The notes beneath the pieces were generated by a model. It searched no databases, was not told where the DNA came from, and saw only the letters and a program-made list of their open reading frames with translations. Positions 13,601-28,600 of a stretch of DNA of 64,000 nt are shown here, piece by piece (position 1 is the first letter of the stretch; every line of letters begins with the position of its first letter). The stretch is from Acanthaster planci. Taxonomy: Eukaryota. Location of the stretch: assembly GCF_001949145.1 (NCBI RefSeq), contig NW_019091360.1:3639816-3703815 (forward strand), in the 5' to 3' direction. Position numbers and translations under genes: made by a program.

Positions 13601-16600
13601 GCCTCTAGTGATGATGAGTATGCGTCTGATGAAGATGATATTGAGCAGCCCCTCTCTGATACCTCAGATAAGGGAAATTCTCATTCATCTGTGTCAGATG
13701 GGGTTGATGAAGAAGCACCACAAGTCACACAGACCTTCCGTAAATGGACTGTACCACGTTTGCCCGAACAGCAACTTGAGATTCACTTGAAAGATACCGA
13801 AGAGAGGCACTCACCTGATGGAGAAAATGATCCACCAATTGTCACTGTAGAACTACCTGGACGAGCATTTGCTCCTGATTCATCTTCAGCTGAAGGTGAA
13901 AAAGAACCTTTTCTTGTTGAAGAATATCTTGAGGTGAATCCAGTAGCTCTCACGGGACAGCTTATACCAACTAGAACATCATCTGGAAGTTCCTCCGAAA
14001 ATTCTTCCTCTTTAGAATATGATAGTGATGATGAGAGAACTGATAACAGATATGATGATGACCTCTTAAAGTCTAATTTCATTAAAGGACCCCAGTTCAA
14101 TACATCAATGGAATTCGAAAATCTTCAGTCTCACCAGTTTCATCTTGAAATCGACCCCATTGTTCCAACTCTACCAGTTACAAAACATCCTGAGTCATCT
14201 TCGTCTGATAGTGAAGTTGTCACTGTCAAAGAGATTCTAGTGAACAGATCAAGTCAAGATTCCAACCTCTTGCAGTCGGATGACAACAGGCCTGTCACTG
14301 TCTATGAAACGTCTCTCTTCCAGCAAACTTTCAAGAAGGTCTCAGTGAAAGAAGTCCTAACAAACATACCAGCTACAAAGTCATTAGAATCAACCGAGAT
14401 GGTTCTTCATTTGAAAACAGAAACAGAGACATCAAGAAGTTGCTCTTCCTCAGAGGATAATGATGAAAAGCAAGACATGGAAGTTTCAAATCAAGAAATT
14501 CCTATCACTGGAGAAAATTACATACCCCTCAACATCAAACTTAAGGTTCCTACTTCAGCACATGAAGAAGAGCATAGATCCAGTCGTTTGACTCTGAATG
14601 TAAATGTTGAATCTCGAAGTCCAAGGGTTGTTGAGGTTTACTTGGAATGTGCTCCTAGAGAGGCCTTGCAGTCAGTCTCTTCTCCTGAGAAGCACCGACA
14701 AGTCTTGATTTCTCAACAGGGAAGTGAATTAAAACCCATCACACTTTTCACGGTCAGTGATGAATATAATGAAGCATCATCCAGTGTACAAGAATTGGAG
14801 ATCGATGTTAGTAAGACTTCAGATGATGTGGTGTTTGTTACAGTCGGGGACAAAACTGAGGAGAAACTGGATTTAGGAACCTTGCATCCTGATTCAGAAG
14901 ACATACATCAAAATGAAATGAGCAGCGAGGATGAGAAACATGCAGCTGGTATAACAGGCAAGGTAGAACCTGTTTGTCAGGAATCATCTGTTGGATACTT
15001 GAAAGCTGAGGGGGACTTTAAACAAGTTGATTTGCCTCTCTTTGTTAATTCTGATCAGGGAGTTCACGTTGATCAAGAAGAGCGGCTACCCTCATTTTTG
15101 TCTCCAGTGAAAGAACATAATCTAAGCTTTTCCAAGAAGCAGCCACTTGCCGCTCCTTTCTTCTCTAAGGAGCTCAGGAATACCTCTGTTCTTGAAGGTG
15201 ATGCAGCAATGCTTCAGTGCTATGCAAATGGGAAACCAGATCCTGATTTTGTGTGGTTTAAGGATGGCAAGGAAATTCTTGGAGATAATGATTTCTATGA
15301 GATTAACAGCATGAGTTATGAAGATTGCTACACTGAATTGGTAATCCATGAGGTGGTAGCAGAGGACGAAGGGGAATTCATTGTTCTGGCAAGGAATTCT
15401 GAAGGAGAAGCAACCTGCAAAGCCTATCTGAGTGTGCAGGTCATTGGAGGGGAAGAGTCAGAGACAGGGACGTCAGGCCAAAGTGATTCATCTGACAAGG
15501 AGTCAGGCAGGAGATCATCGAGTAACAAAGATGCCACGTCTGGAAAACAGGACTCAGAGGATGCTAATTGCTTTGACTTCCTGCCTCACAGAAGCAGCAA
15601 GGGAGAGACTGATGATGCAATCGTTTGTTCATCAGATAAGTCAGATTTTGATTCCAATGTAGAGGCTGACCAAGTCCAAGATGATGAAGCACCATCTCTA
15701 GAGCTGCCTGCCATCGGTGTGAGGGCAAGCCAGACTGATGCTGACTATCCCCAGTGGCATGCCTCATTTGTAGTTGAAGATGGAGAGCCACAGAGGGTTT
15801 TTGCCCAGTATGAAGAAACTCCATCCACGTCAATGGTTTTTAAGAGCCATCTTTGCACTGTTGCTCATGCAAGTATCGAGAGTGCAATTGAATCCCCTAA
15901 TTTCCAGCCCCTTGAGCCTGCAGCTGAGATCTCTGATGACTCTGTTTCTATGGATGATACGGCCACTTTGGAAACAGTGCAAAAAAATCAAGAGAACAAC
16001 AACCAGAAAGATCTATTGCCTGATGTCTTAGAGCAGGCTGCCTGGGGGACTTGTGACAAGCCACCTAAGCAGATGATTGTGGAGGATCTCTATGCGGCCG
16101 TGACTGTGGAACCTGACCTGTGTATTGCTAGTGCTGCAGATGATGCCTTTCTGGTGGAGAATGTAGAGACCAGACATGAGCCCATGTCTGAGCCATCGGA
16201 TGACATCACTGAACCAGGCCTGTTGCATGCTGCCAATGAAGGTTTGAATTGATGAGTTCACAAGTTCCTAACAGCATGTAGCATCTAATGTATACTTGTC
16301 AAGATTTCATATCATACATTAACACACTTGCCTTTGAATGCTTCACTGCTTATCTGCACCCAATTTACTCATTCTATTCCACAGGGGTTGGCGAAGAAAC
16401 AGTCTATACTCTGTCAGTGTCAGTTCTGCCTCAGTATTTCACTGTCTGATGTTTTAAAGGTCATAAAATTTACTGTAGCTGCTTGAAAGCCAAGTTCATA
16501 ATCATTAAAAGCTTGCGTTTTATTGAATAGTTTACAAATGCTTACCACAACTGCATAGTGAAATCACTGATTAGCTTTTTAAAATTATAAGTCAGCTGTT

Positions 16601-19600
16601 AAAAAGTAATCATCACTTCTTGTTGCAACATTTCCTTGCATGAAACAAAATGTGTCTTTAGGTGGTAGAGTTGTCATTCAATAGATTTTTTTTCAGAAGA
16701 AATGTGAAAAGAATTCAAGTTATTGGTCTCATGCCTAGTTATAAATGGTGAACTGCTTTAATTCAGTTCCTTTGAAAGAAGTTATCATGTGTCACTGGCA
16801 ATTGTCTGTGTTATTCATTGTGAGCTGATGAAAGGCCTAAACAATGGTTAAAACCTGTTAATATTGCTTAAATTTATCAGCTCCCAAGTTAGAATACAGA
16901 GTTGTCATCATTAGCTGTGTTTTAGATATGGTATTGAAATTATTGGAGGGTGCTAATACAGTTCGGGTAAGCTTTTCTTTAAAATTAGCCAAACGGAGTA
17001 TGTCTTTCTGTATCAGCTGCTACGTGTATATCTCAGAAATGCAAATTCGTTAGTTTTGCTTTTCAGACATAGACACACTTCCATACCTCCAGCTTCATTT
17101 TCCCGTTTTTAACTTCAAATGCTGTGCTTATATTCACCTTTCTGTGCTGCTGTGATGAACGGCATTCATTGCTAGCCAGTTAGCACAAATGCCGTATATT
17201 GGACTTGCAAAATGCCCCTTTCTTTCAAGAAGATTCCAAATACCAATGTAAGAGAATGATTTATCAGCTCTTTTAAGCTCATTATTTTTCCTTTTGTGCT
17301 TGGTTGTTTCAAAAGCCACTATGAAAAAATGTGCATTAAACAGCATTCTAACCCCTGACTTTTCATTCCTCATGGAACCAGATCAATTAGCCTTAGATTT
17401 AGCAAATCAGCTGGCTAAGCTGGATGCAATGACTAGCATACAAATGTAGTTGGATTCATTGAAGTAAACCACTGATTCATGTGTTGTCATTGCTAAGTCT
17501 CATCGCGTAGCTACTGTATGCACCTCCTCATCTTCCAGTTATCTCTGAGTAAACCTTTTCCTCCATTGCTGAATCATTGATCGCTTCTCTCAATGTTTTC
17601 ATTGAGATGTGTGCCTTCTAATTCCTCTTAGCACAAATCATACCAAAAGATGTGTGGAAAATGATGTTATCTTTTCACTTTTGAATTCCATCTCTCTGGA
17701 GCTGCTCTTGTTGCAGATGTTTCTCTTTGAACTGATACGAAAGTGCACATTACAAGTCTCCTTGCTTAAAGCCAGTAACAGTAGAGTAGTAAAATCAACT
17801 CTTGCACCTCGGCTGTTAACATCCTGACACTTTGCACATTCTCTGTCATTTGATGATGATTTGATGCAGAAATAATCTTCAGTATTTAAATTCTTACAGA
17901 AGCTCCAGCCTCTCCGAAGGAGAAGGTTGATGAGGAGAAACCAGTAGAAGTCCCTTCAGTCACTGTCCCACGGAAGGCAGAAGAGAAACCACTCCCAGAG
18001 GAAGGAGAAACCAAGATCCTCCCTGAGGAAATTGTTCCAGAATTGACACCCAAGGAGATCCTTCTAGAAGCCGATTACCAAGAGCTTCCCAAGGAGGAGG
18101 TAGCTGACGTCATCCCTCCTCACTTCACAAAGGTCATCGAGACCTTGACAGTCGCTGATGGTGACATGGCTCGCTTCACAGCCGTCGTATCCGCAAAGCC
18201 TAAGCCTGTCGTCAAGTGGTTTGTGGATGGCTCCGAGATCAAGGATGAACCTGAGTACGAGGTGACCTCTACTGATGATGGTGTCCATACTTTGACCTTG
18301 CCTGAGGTCATCCCTGAGGACGAGGGAGAATATATGTGCAAAGCTATCAACAAGGCCGGGGAGGAGACATGCACAGCAATGCTCTTTGTTGAAGGTAAGT
18401 TCAGAACTTTTCTCATCTTATTTCTTTAAGAGACAGTTACAGAACACCAAAGAATCCCATTTATCTATGTTTCCTTCCGAAAACTCTATGGGGGGATGTA
18501 TTTTTCGGCAGTGAGAAGGAACGACATTGTACTCTAACATTTTACATGTTTATCTGAAGTTCTTTTGGATTATTTGCTTTCCACAATAGCATTTTTCTAT
18601 ACCCTGCTAACAATGTAAGTGAGCAAGTATCTGTATTTACTTATGCTTGAGAGTTCGACAAATTTGAAAATTGAATGCTAATGTGACAGAAATTAAGAAA
18701 GAACCAGAGGAGCGAGCTCGAGAGAAAACTCAGGTTGACATTGAAAGGCAGCCTCCAATACCTGAGCTTGTCGGCATTGAGGTGGATGTTGCAAGACCCA
18801 AGAAGACCACTCTTGAAACTTCCTCAGTCACGATGGAAGCCAGACCCTTGCCTGAGACACGTGAAACAACCACACTGGGACTAGATGTTGAGGATGTACG
18901 TCCACTACAGGAGATTGAACTGGCAGTACAAGTCTACAAAGATGCACCCAAGGAGATGGTACCTCCTTCCTTTGCCAAACCCATCGCGACTGTCATTGTC
19001 AAAGATGGAGAAAAAGCGACATTCACCGTTGAGGTGTCTGGTCTCCCGACACCCAAAATAACCTGGTTCAGGAATGGTGTGGAGATCAGGGATGCCCCCG
19101 AATTCAAGGTGACTGTTAAAGAGAATGTTAACGAGCTCATTCTAGAGGAGAGTTTCCCCGAAGATTCAGGGAAGATCACGTGTAGGGCCTCCAACCCAGC
19201 CGGCATCGCAACCTGCTCAGCCAAACTTATCGTCAGAGGTTGGATATTACTTTGTCTTAGGCATGCTGGCATGGAGAAGTTTTAGCAAATCCCCGAATTA
19301 TATAACAACATGAAATGTTCTGACATCTGTTAATTGACCCTGTATTCTAATAGGTTTTGATTATGGCTTGAAGTTTTCATCCCTTGCTGTTGTGCCACTC
19401 CTTATTTAAACTGTGATGTTTGTCTTGCCAAGTAGTCTCTGCTCCTAGTTTTTAACAGTAATGTCTGGAACCCTGTCCTTCCTTCAATACCCTGTCAAAT
19501 TTTGCTGTGTATTTGTGTATGACTATAAAAACAGAGCATCAATTGTCATTGAAAAATTGGCAACATGAAGCAAGGTTGTTTATTTATAAAGAATTAGCTT

Positions 19601-22600
19601 GGAAGTGCATCTGTATATATGTTGTTATGCATGATAAAGAGTCCTTAAGATTAATAACTGTCTAGGACCAGATGCAGACAGTTTTAGTGGGTATTGTTTG
19701 CCTTGTGCACTAGCTGTTAGATTTTTTCAAGTCGTATATGTACGTGTGTGTCCATGTTGTTGAACTCTACTAGGTCCATACTGTATCCTAGAGAAATTGC
19801 TAGAGGAGACGAAAAATGATATGATCAAATGTTGTTAGATAATTTATTGTTTTGTTTTTAAATTTTATGTATAATTCTATGTTATGTTACTGTATGCTCT
19901 GTTCATGTATTGGTCATAATGGAGGTTGTTGAGCTTTGCATGGTTACAGCGTTGCATGCTTCTGTACGAAGGTTACACTCACATCTGTTGACGAGTACAG
20001 TTTAATTAGTCATGCTTAAAACATTTATCAGTTTTACTTTGAAAGTCTTTCTAGTTGTAAAAAGAGGCTTGGAGATTATCGTAAGAAATGAGATTAATTA
20101 AATAATAAATAAGAACATTCAATGTCTTTCCTGCAATGTAGTTATTTTCCATGGGTATATTTTATTTTGTGGCAATTTTAGGTGTACTTCAAATTACTTC
20201 TTTGGCAGAAGTTTTGTTTCTGTTTCCCTTTTTGTGCTTCATGTGTTAGTTCCACAGACTGGAAGAAATGTAAATGAGAGTAAACTCTGCCTTATCTAAA
20301 GTATGAGTTTTTGTCTCTTGTGTTACTCAGAGGAAGATTCGACAGAAATTGATACCGAGGTTGAGGTGATGACAACTCGCAAGACCGTCACCATGACAAC
20401 AGAGTTCACACAAGAGGAAGAGGTCCTCCCTGTGCAGTTTGAAATCAAGCCAGAGGAAGAGCTTCCCAAGGAGAAGGCTTTGGAAGAGGAACAACCGGAA
20501 GTCATGGAAGAGGAAAAGCCGGAAGTGGTGGAGCAAGAGAAGCCAGTCCAGCCTGTTGTGGAGGAGCAACCTGAGGTTGAGGAAAAGCCAGAGGAAAAAC
20601 CTGAGGTAGTTGAGGAGATTCCTGAAGTACCAATCACTGTTACAGAAGAACCTGTTGTAGAAGAAGCTCCAGAAGTGGTAAGAACTGATCATTTCAAGAA
20701 ATTGACTCATCTTGTTGATTTGGAATTCATGTCTATTGCTATTTTATGAAATCAGGGTTGTCACACCATTAAAAAACCTTTAAAAATTATAAAAAGACTT
20801 TTTTATTGTCCTAATACCACAAATCTTATTTTATGCTTTGAGACTTTTACTTTCTCCATTGTGCAGACTGAGGAGGTGTCTCCCATAGAAGAAACTGACA
20901 CATCCAAACCAGTCACTGTGACAGAAACCACAGACACGACTGAAACTGTCATCATCAGCAAGAAGGTTAGACTTACACTGATCAGTTTATCAAACAATCA
21001 AAGACCGAAATTATCAAGGAGATTTTCACCCGGTACCTTTTGCTTAATCTTATGAAAAAATTTCACTTGCCATTTTTAATTGAGAAAAGTTACATTAGAT
21101 TTCAGAAGCTCTCGACAATTAGCAGGTTCCCAAATGCACAGACTTTAACACTGATGGTATCACCAATTTAATTCAGTTTGTTTGTCTTTGCAGATTGCTG
21201 AAACAGTTGAAGTGGAAATCACCAAACCTACAGGTAACACTGTAAAAAATGCAATGCGTAACAGAATGGTGTGTAGAATTCCAGTAATGTTAAGAAAACG
21301 GTTTTCTTTTCTGCTTGACAAATTTTATTGAAAGTTTAGAGCAACCAATTTGTTACTTTAATATCTGGAACACATGAATAATGTTGGAGCAACTGTTTAA
21401 ACTGTTTTGTCAGAAACTGCCGAGACCAAATTCATCGCCATGGGCAACTACCTTGCTGAGTCGGAGGAGGTCATGTCGCTGCGTGAGGGTGACAAACTCA
21501 TCGTAGTCGATGAGGGCACGGGTGACTGGTGTCTGGCTCGCAGTGAGATGACCCAAGAGGAAGGCTGGGTGCCCAGAACCTACCTGGCAACCGAGGAGCA
21601 GTATGAGGACAAGCTGGAGGAACAACTACAGGAGAATATCAGTAGGCTACCTGCTGGAGGTTGGTGTCATTGCTGGCTCTGAAAGTCAGGGTCATTTAAC
21701 CATTTTGAATTGTAATAATAACAGCCCCTAACTGATACTTCAGTAGGGAGACATACCCTTAAACCTTTGTATAAACTTTAATAACCTTGTTCTCTAAAAC
21801 AACAATGCCTAACGCAACCAAACTTCAGAAAATGTTTTATTTAACCATAAGTTATCCAACTATTCAACAAAAAACACATAATTCAGTTTCTTTCTAATGT
21901 TAAAAATCACCCTAAGAATTAGATTTACTACAAAGTGTCTTCATAGTAATGCATTTAATATTGTAGCTATTACAAAATTGTGTTATATGTTGATTTCAGA
22001 CATATGTGAAGTACTTTGTACCACTGTTAGGTTGTTTGGTATTTTGTTACTTGTCTTGTTACTTGTTTGTAATTTGATATTTTGTTTTTCTTTGTTCTGT
22101 ACTTCTTATCCTTGGCATATTGCTCTGTGCACCATTTGCCTTCCACCATTTGACTTGTCATGCCATCAATGCCACCTAAATACTTCTGCTTGTAAAATTG
22201 CAAAACTTTTTATGGTATCATGTTTCTGCATTGGCTCTAAAAAAAAAAATGAACCTCGTCTGTGGGTGAAATAAAATAAAATAACCTTGCGCTTTGATGG
22301 GCTCATTGCTTCAATTGCAAATTTTGCAAATACCTGAACCATTTGCTGTCATTTGCCTTATTGCCGGATTGAATTTTTGCTTTTTATTCATTCCTTTTTC
22401 TTTTTCTCCACTGGTGTACCCTTCCTGTTACAATGGCCATATTTTCTTGATACATGTACATGCATTCTGGGTGATGTGTTCCCTTCCTTTCTTGCTGTCA
22501 TGATCTGGTCAAACTGCTTTGCGCTGCTGCTGCTGTTTCAAACAAACCAGCCACTTTTTGTGCTGCAGAGGAAACGGTGGAAGGTGAGCTCAAGCCACCT

Positions 22601-25600
22601 GAGTTCATCGAGCCGCTGGAAACAACAAAATGCAAGGACGGCCAACCCGTCACCCTGAAGTGCTGCGTTGAGGGCAACCCCATGCCCACTATCGCCTGGT
22701 ACCGTCAGAGCACTCCAATTCCGCTGTCTGAGGACTTTGAAATGGAGTACGATGGGAGCACAGCGACTCTGACCATCCTGGAGGTCTTTCCAGAGGACTC
22801 TGGGAAGTACACCTGTGTTGCCAAGAACCAGGGAGGAATGGCTTCGACGAGTGCTGAACTTCTTGTCGAAGGTGGGTCACATAACTCTGCTTAGAGAATT
22901 ATGATTGTACCTGCAGTAGAAATGAGAGTCCCATATGTGCATTCCAATTTCATGGGTATACTGCCTGGTGATTGGTCGCATACTGGTATACACCATCATT
23001 CACACAAGAGGATATTTTTTTGTTTTTTCAATTGATACCAAAAGGAACTTCCACATTACTCGCATGCATAGTCTTTATACAGTGTCAGTAAAGGGTTTGA
23101 ATTCTTATACAATGGTGAGAGTCAACTATAAGTTCAAAGGTCTTTCTGTTTGTATTTGCCTGGCAGTGACATTGTCAGATGTTGAGAGCTATGACAGCAG
23201 CCACACCCCAGTCTCCAGGAAGAGTCTCTCTAGGTAAATTTGGAAAAGCAAATAAAATATAAAAAGGAAAAATTAACCATTTGGGAATGAATGTTGGAAT
23301 TTTTTATTATAGTTTCCATGGTAAAATCTACCTTATGCTTTGGAGAATAATGCACCAGTCATTGTTTAGAGAATATCAAATAATTTGAAAATATCTTTCT
23401 TGCTTGGTGGTCTCAATCCCTTCACAGACTGTAGATTGCCTTCAGCATTTGAAGTAAATTTTTATTAACGTTTGTGCTTGTATTGTATATTAAATTGCAG
23501 GGAGTCAACTGTGGAGGAGCCAGAAGGTATCAAGCCAGCCTTCATGTCTGTCGCCAAAGCCAGGCGTGTGGATGAAGGTCACAGCAAAGTGGTCTTCGAG
23601 TTCCGCCTGATAGCTGCCCCTCGTCCCACCATCTGCTGGTTCCACAATGACCAGCCCATCGAGGAGACGTCCAGGCGGAGAATGAGCATGTACGCTGACG
23701 TCCATCTCTACATCCTTACCCTGGAGCTCAAGGATGTCAAACCGGATGATGATGGTATCTTCAGGATTGAAGCGAAGAACAAGGAGGGGTCGGCTTCAGC
23801 GACAGTAGTCCTTGAAGTCAACCGTGAGTAGTTACTTATTTAGATGATACTCAACATCGGTGTGGTTTTAGTTCCTGCTCTGTGTGCCTTGTAAATAGTG
23901 GTTGCAGTAGAAATGTTTTGAATTAAAATTATGAATGAAGTCTTTTTGTAATATTTTACAAATTGCAGTTTACAGCTGGGTTGCATTTTTGTATGGGATG
24001 GAAGCCAAGTGGAAAACAGCAAAGTGGAAATTGACGTAGCCATTTGAAAATAATGTATTCACATACATGTACTTCCACCAGTCTTGCTGACTGTCTGATT
24101 AAAGATTGTTGGAAGGATGACCTTCATGTGCATTATATCCAAGCTGTGGCATTTATTATGCATGACAGTATGGCTGAACATGCTTAGAATGCAAATGAGC
24201 TTGATGTGAGCTGGCTTTAGATTGCTGTGTTTCACAGACATGGTTTTGTGTAGACATCCAACATATCCTTTCTCCATATTACATATTCCCAGCTCATGAT
24301 ATCAGTCAGACTAATTAACATTAATTGCATGTTTCCTGTTGATTGATGACTTCCTTGAAATTGGAATTGTATAAAGACTTATTGATTGACAGCCAAAATT
24401 TGAATTGTAAACAAAACTGATCTGAAAATTCTGGATTATACTACGGCTGCTTATGGCATGAATGATACAGATACACATTGTCATTTTATTAGAAAACAAT
24501 TCGTTTGATCTTGAACGTTTTTATTGTCCACAACAGACAATATGACATTGTTTGCTGCAGCACAAGTTAAAATATGGCTTCATAATGCAGCTCAGTCTCT
24601 GAAGTCATCAGTGAGCATGTATTCCGTCTTTGACATACAGATCCTTCCCTCATTAACCATGTTAACATTACCAGTAGCCATTCATTTCCCCATCATTTAC
24701 CTGTAGAGCTGGGCTTCAATAGCATGACCAATCTGTCCACATTGCATGCCCAAGAATCGCCTCCATCCAAGATTGTCTGCTTCTCTCCAACCTTGCATGA
24801 CTCTTCTAACCCATTTGATTTCTCCAAACCTGAGTGGATCGTTTCTGAGACTTGGGAGGTTCAGATGTCTTTGGCGACAGGTGATTGTTTTGTTTGTCTC
24901 TTGACAGTTGTAGGCCAATCACTTGTTGTCTCCACCCTTCCTGTATACCTCCCAATTCTGTCTTTAGAGACTGTAATATTAAGACCTTTTTATTTCCCTG
25001 CGAATTTTCTTTAACTTAATGCATATAAATATTCTGCAGTCATGCTATTGGAAGTGAAAATTATGATGAGTCTTGACATCTTGTTGATATGTACAAGAGA
25101 CATGAGTGTGCAAGAACTAAACTTGCCACCATTCAATTACCAATTGTAAGCTATGAATCACAAAATAACATGTAGCAGCCTTTGTTCAGGGAGAGAGATT
25201 GGGACAACTCTTGACAGGCACAGTGAAAATGTGTAGAATCATGACAATAAGGAAGAATTTTCATGTTGAATTTTTGCATGTTCTTGAATGTTATTAACAT
25301 AACAACAAATAGATTAGACATAAATAGAGCATGTTTATCAGCACTCACTGCTAAACCATTTGTGTAGTATATTCATACTGTAATATTAACCGTCCATAAC
25401 TGACTTGAATGTTTTCTGATGATTGATGCCATTAATTGACTTTCCTCCCTAGGTGAGGAACCAGAGCCTCCTCGCTTTGAAGAACCTCTTGTCTCTCTGA
25501 TCGTCAAAGAAGGCCATGTCGCAAAGTTTGAATGTCGCATCAGTGGCAGTCCCAGGCCGGAAGTCACCTGGTTCCGTGACAACGTCATGCTGACAAAGAG

Positions 25601-28600
25601 TGATGTGTTTGAGATCGGCTTTGATGGGACCGACAAGTATTGGGTTACCCTAAAGGAGACGGTGGAAGGCGATTCAGGAACTTTCACATGTATGGCTGAG
25701 AACATTGCTGGAAGAACTATCAGTGGAGCAGAACTCACTGTACAGAGAGGTACATTGTCGATGGTCATTTATGTCACTAATTTTAATTATTGAATTGGTT
25801 AAAAATCAATGTCATTGGAGAACAAAGCATGTGATGTTACACTAGCTCGGTCCTGTGTACCTGCGTAAGTTGGCCGTGCTTGAAGGGCTGACTTTCCATA
25901 AATGTGTTGATGTTCTCAAATGACCTACGATGTTCTTCAGTTTGAGCATTGCTGTTGAAATACTGAAACTGCTAATTGGATGGAATACAGCTTCCATTGT
26001 ACATTTTGTGCAATAGAGACAGGATTTCTTTTTAGATACAACTGGAGCTGTTGCTCCATAGGCAGTACTTTGTATATGGATGTAACTGTAGCTGTCATAG
26101 GCATTTTGAGGATTAGAGCTAATGCTGGAGTTGTTTGATTAAAAGAATATGAAAATGCATGTTGTTAAAATATGTATGTTTACGTTTAAGCAATTTTAAA
26201 AAGAAACATTTGGTAATCTGAAGACCCATGATAACCACATGTCATGTATGAGTCACCAAACAACTTACACGATAACTTTGGGTATGTTTTTCAGATGTGA
26301 GCCAAGAAGTTGCTGTAACAACTGATGTGACAACAACAACCGAAGTCACCACAGAGATTGAAAGTGACTTTGAAACACGTTCAGAGGTAGAGACCTCACC
26401 AGACATTGAAGGCCAACCGCCCAAGTTCCTGAAGTCACCCCAGGATGTGGAGACCCAACCTGGGGAAAGGGCCGAGCTGAATGTAAAGGTCACAGGATTA
26501 CCGCTTCCCGAGGTCACCTGGTACAGGGATGGCAAGGTATGACTGAAACAAATCTGATTTTGATTAAAGTTTATGTATTTGTAGGCATAGAGTTTTACTC
26601 AGGAGTGTGCTAGTTCAAATGATTTTAAAATCAGCTTTCTCCATTCTGAAATGCCGTCGTTCACCTCATTGATGTAGCGATTATAGAAATGTACAATTTT
26701 GTGTAATAATATTTTCAAAATTGACATTTCTGTATCTCTTTATGCAGGTGATTCAACCCAGTGATCATCACAAACTCATTGCTGATGAGGAAGGCAATGC
26801 CTCCTTGATTATCTCAGAAGCCAAACCAGAGGATGATGCCGAATATCTCTGCAAGGCTCAGAACAAGTTTGGCATGGCAACTTGCAGAGCAGACATCATT
26901 GTTGAAGAAGGTATAAAGCAAAGTTATTATGAAAAGTCCCTGTTGACGCTGTCATTTAACTGTGGCATATTCTAAATTTCTTGGATTCTTGTTGTGCCTA
27001 TTAAAGTTGTTCACTTCCTCACTAAGACAGCCATTTCCTTTCAACTTTCACCTGTTTGTTTTGTGTTTAGAATTGAGTGTCAAGAAAGATATGCCCAAAG
27101 TTGTCATTCAGCAGGATCTCCTAGAGCAGCCAAGCAGAGATACTGAGCAAATCAGCACCAGCGAAGCACCCTCAATATCTGAGGAGGAGTTTGATATGGA
27201 AGACCAGGGCTTTGGTCCCGTTATTATGCCATCAACCACCGACACTCCAGGTCTGAGTCTCCAAGAGGTCATGCCGGAGTATGAGGAGGAGCTACCGGAG
27301 GAGGATGTCTCAGAGGAGATGGCTGTTGAGGTCATCGATGGAGTGGAAGTGAAGGTCCCTCTGAAAAAGAAGGTGACACCAGCTAAAATCTCATCGGAAG
27401 AAGCAGCATTCGAGCTGAAACCAAGGCGTACCTCAGAAGATGTGGCTGCAGGGTTCAAGATCGGCATCCCATGTCCTGGCAAAGAGGCAGAAGCTAAAGT
27501 GACTCTGGAAACACCTTTGGAGAGGACAGAGACAGAGATTCCGATTGAGGCAGCTCCCAAGGAGCTGGAGGAGGTAGAGTTCAAGGTGCCTGTCCCTGAG
27601 GAGAAAGCTCCTCGTGCTCCCGATGAGGTAGATGTCGCGGTGACCATCTTACCCAAGGAGGAACAGCCAGAGGAAGCCGCCCCTGCTTTTGTCCAGCCTC
27701 TTAAACCTCAGGAAATCACACCACACACCGAGACCAAGCTAGTCTGCCAGGTAATTGGGAAACCCATGCCCAGTGTCAAATGGTACCTAGATGATGTGGA
27801 GCTGTTGCCAGAGGATAAGCACTATAAAATGGAGCAGCTTGAGGATGGAACCTGTACCCTGACAATCACCGACGTCCTGGCCGAAGATGAAGGTGCCTAC
27901 TCTGTAAAGGCATTCAATCCTGCTGGCAGTGCTGAAACAGAAGCTGAGATTCTCATAGCACCAGAAAGTATGTATTTCTCATTTTCAAAGCAGCGTTTCC
28001 TCATAATAGCCACTCAATGTGCTCAAAGTGTCCATTGCTTTAATAACGATGCAAATAACTACTTTAACCACTTGTAATAAGTGGTACAGTGGAACGCCGC
28101 TATACCGAACACCGCTATAATGGACATTCGGCTGTACTGAACATCACCCTTGGCTCCTAATATTTTGTGCACAAAACCTACCGAACATCATGCCGTTGCC
28201 GGTTATATTCCCGAACGTCAACTTGATAAAACAGTCAGTTTTTTTATGTTGGAAAGTGACAAATGGCCATTATTTCCCCAAGGATTAGAGGGGAAAGCCA
28301 CCAGCTGTTGAAGATTTAATTGTAATTAACTAGCTGATCAACTGGGTACATTGTTCTGCACTTGTTCAAAGTCGTCTTCTAGTAACGGCCAGAGTATGCA
28401 CGGCTAATCTGCGAATGGTATTGAATGGACACTGGTTTTGCGACTCTGCATGATCGAGTGCAGAGGAAAACCACACGCACACCGTGGTGTTGCACTAAAC
28501 ATCACTCTAAAGCATTCATCAGAGATTGATCCTGTATGGTTGCTTCACGACTTTTAGGATAATCTTGAAATCAATTTTGTAACTTAAGATTTAATAAAAA

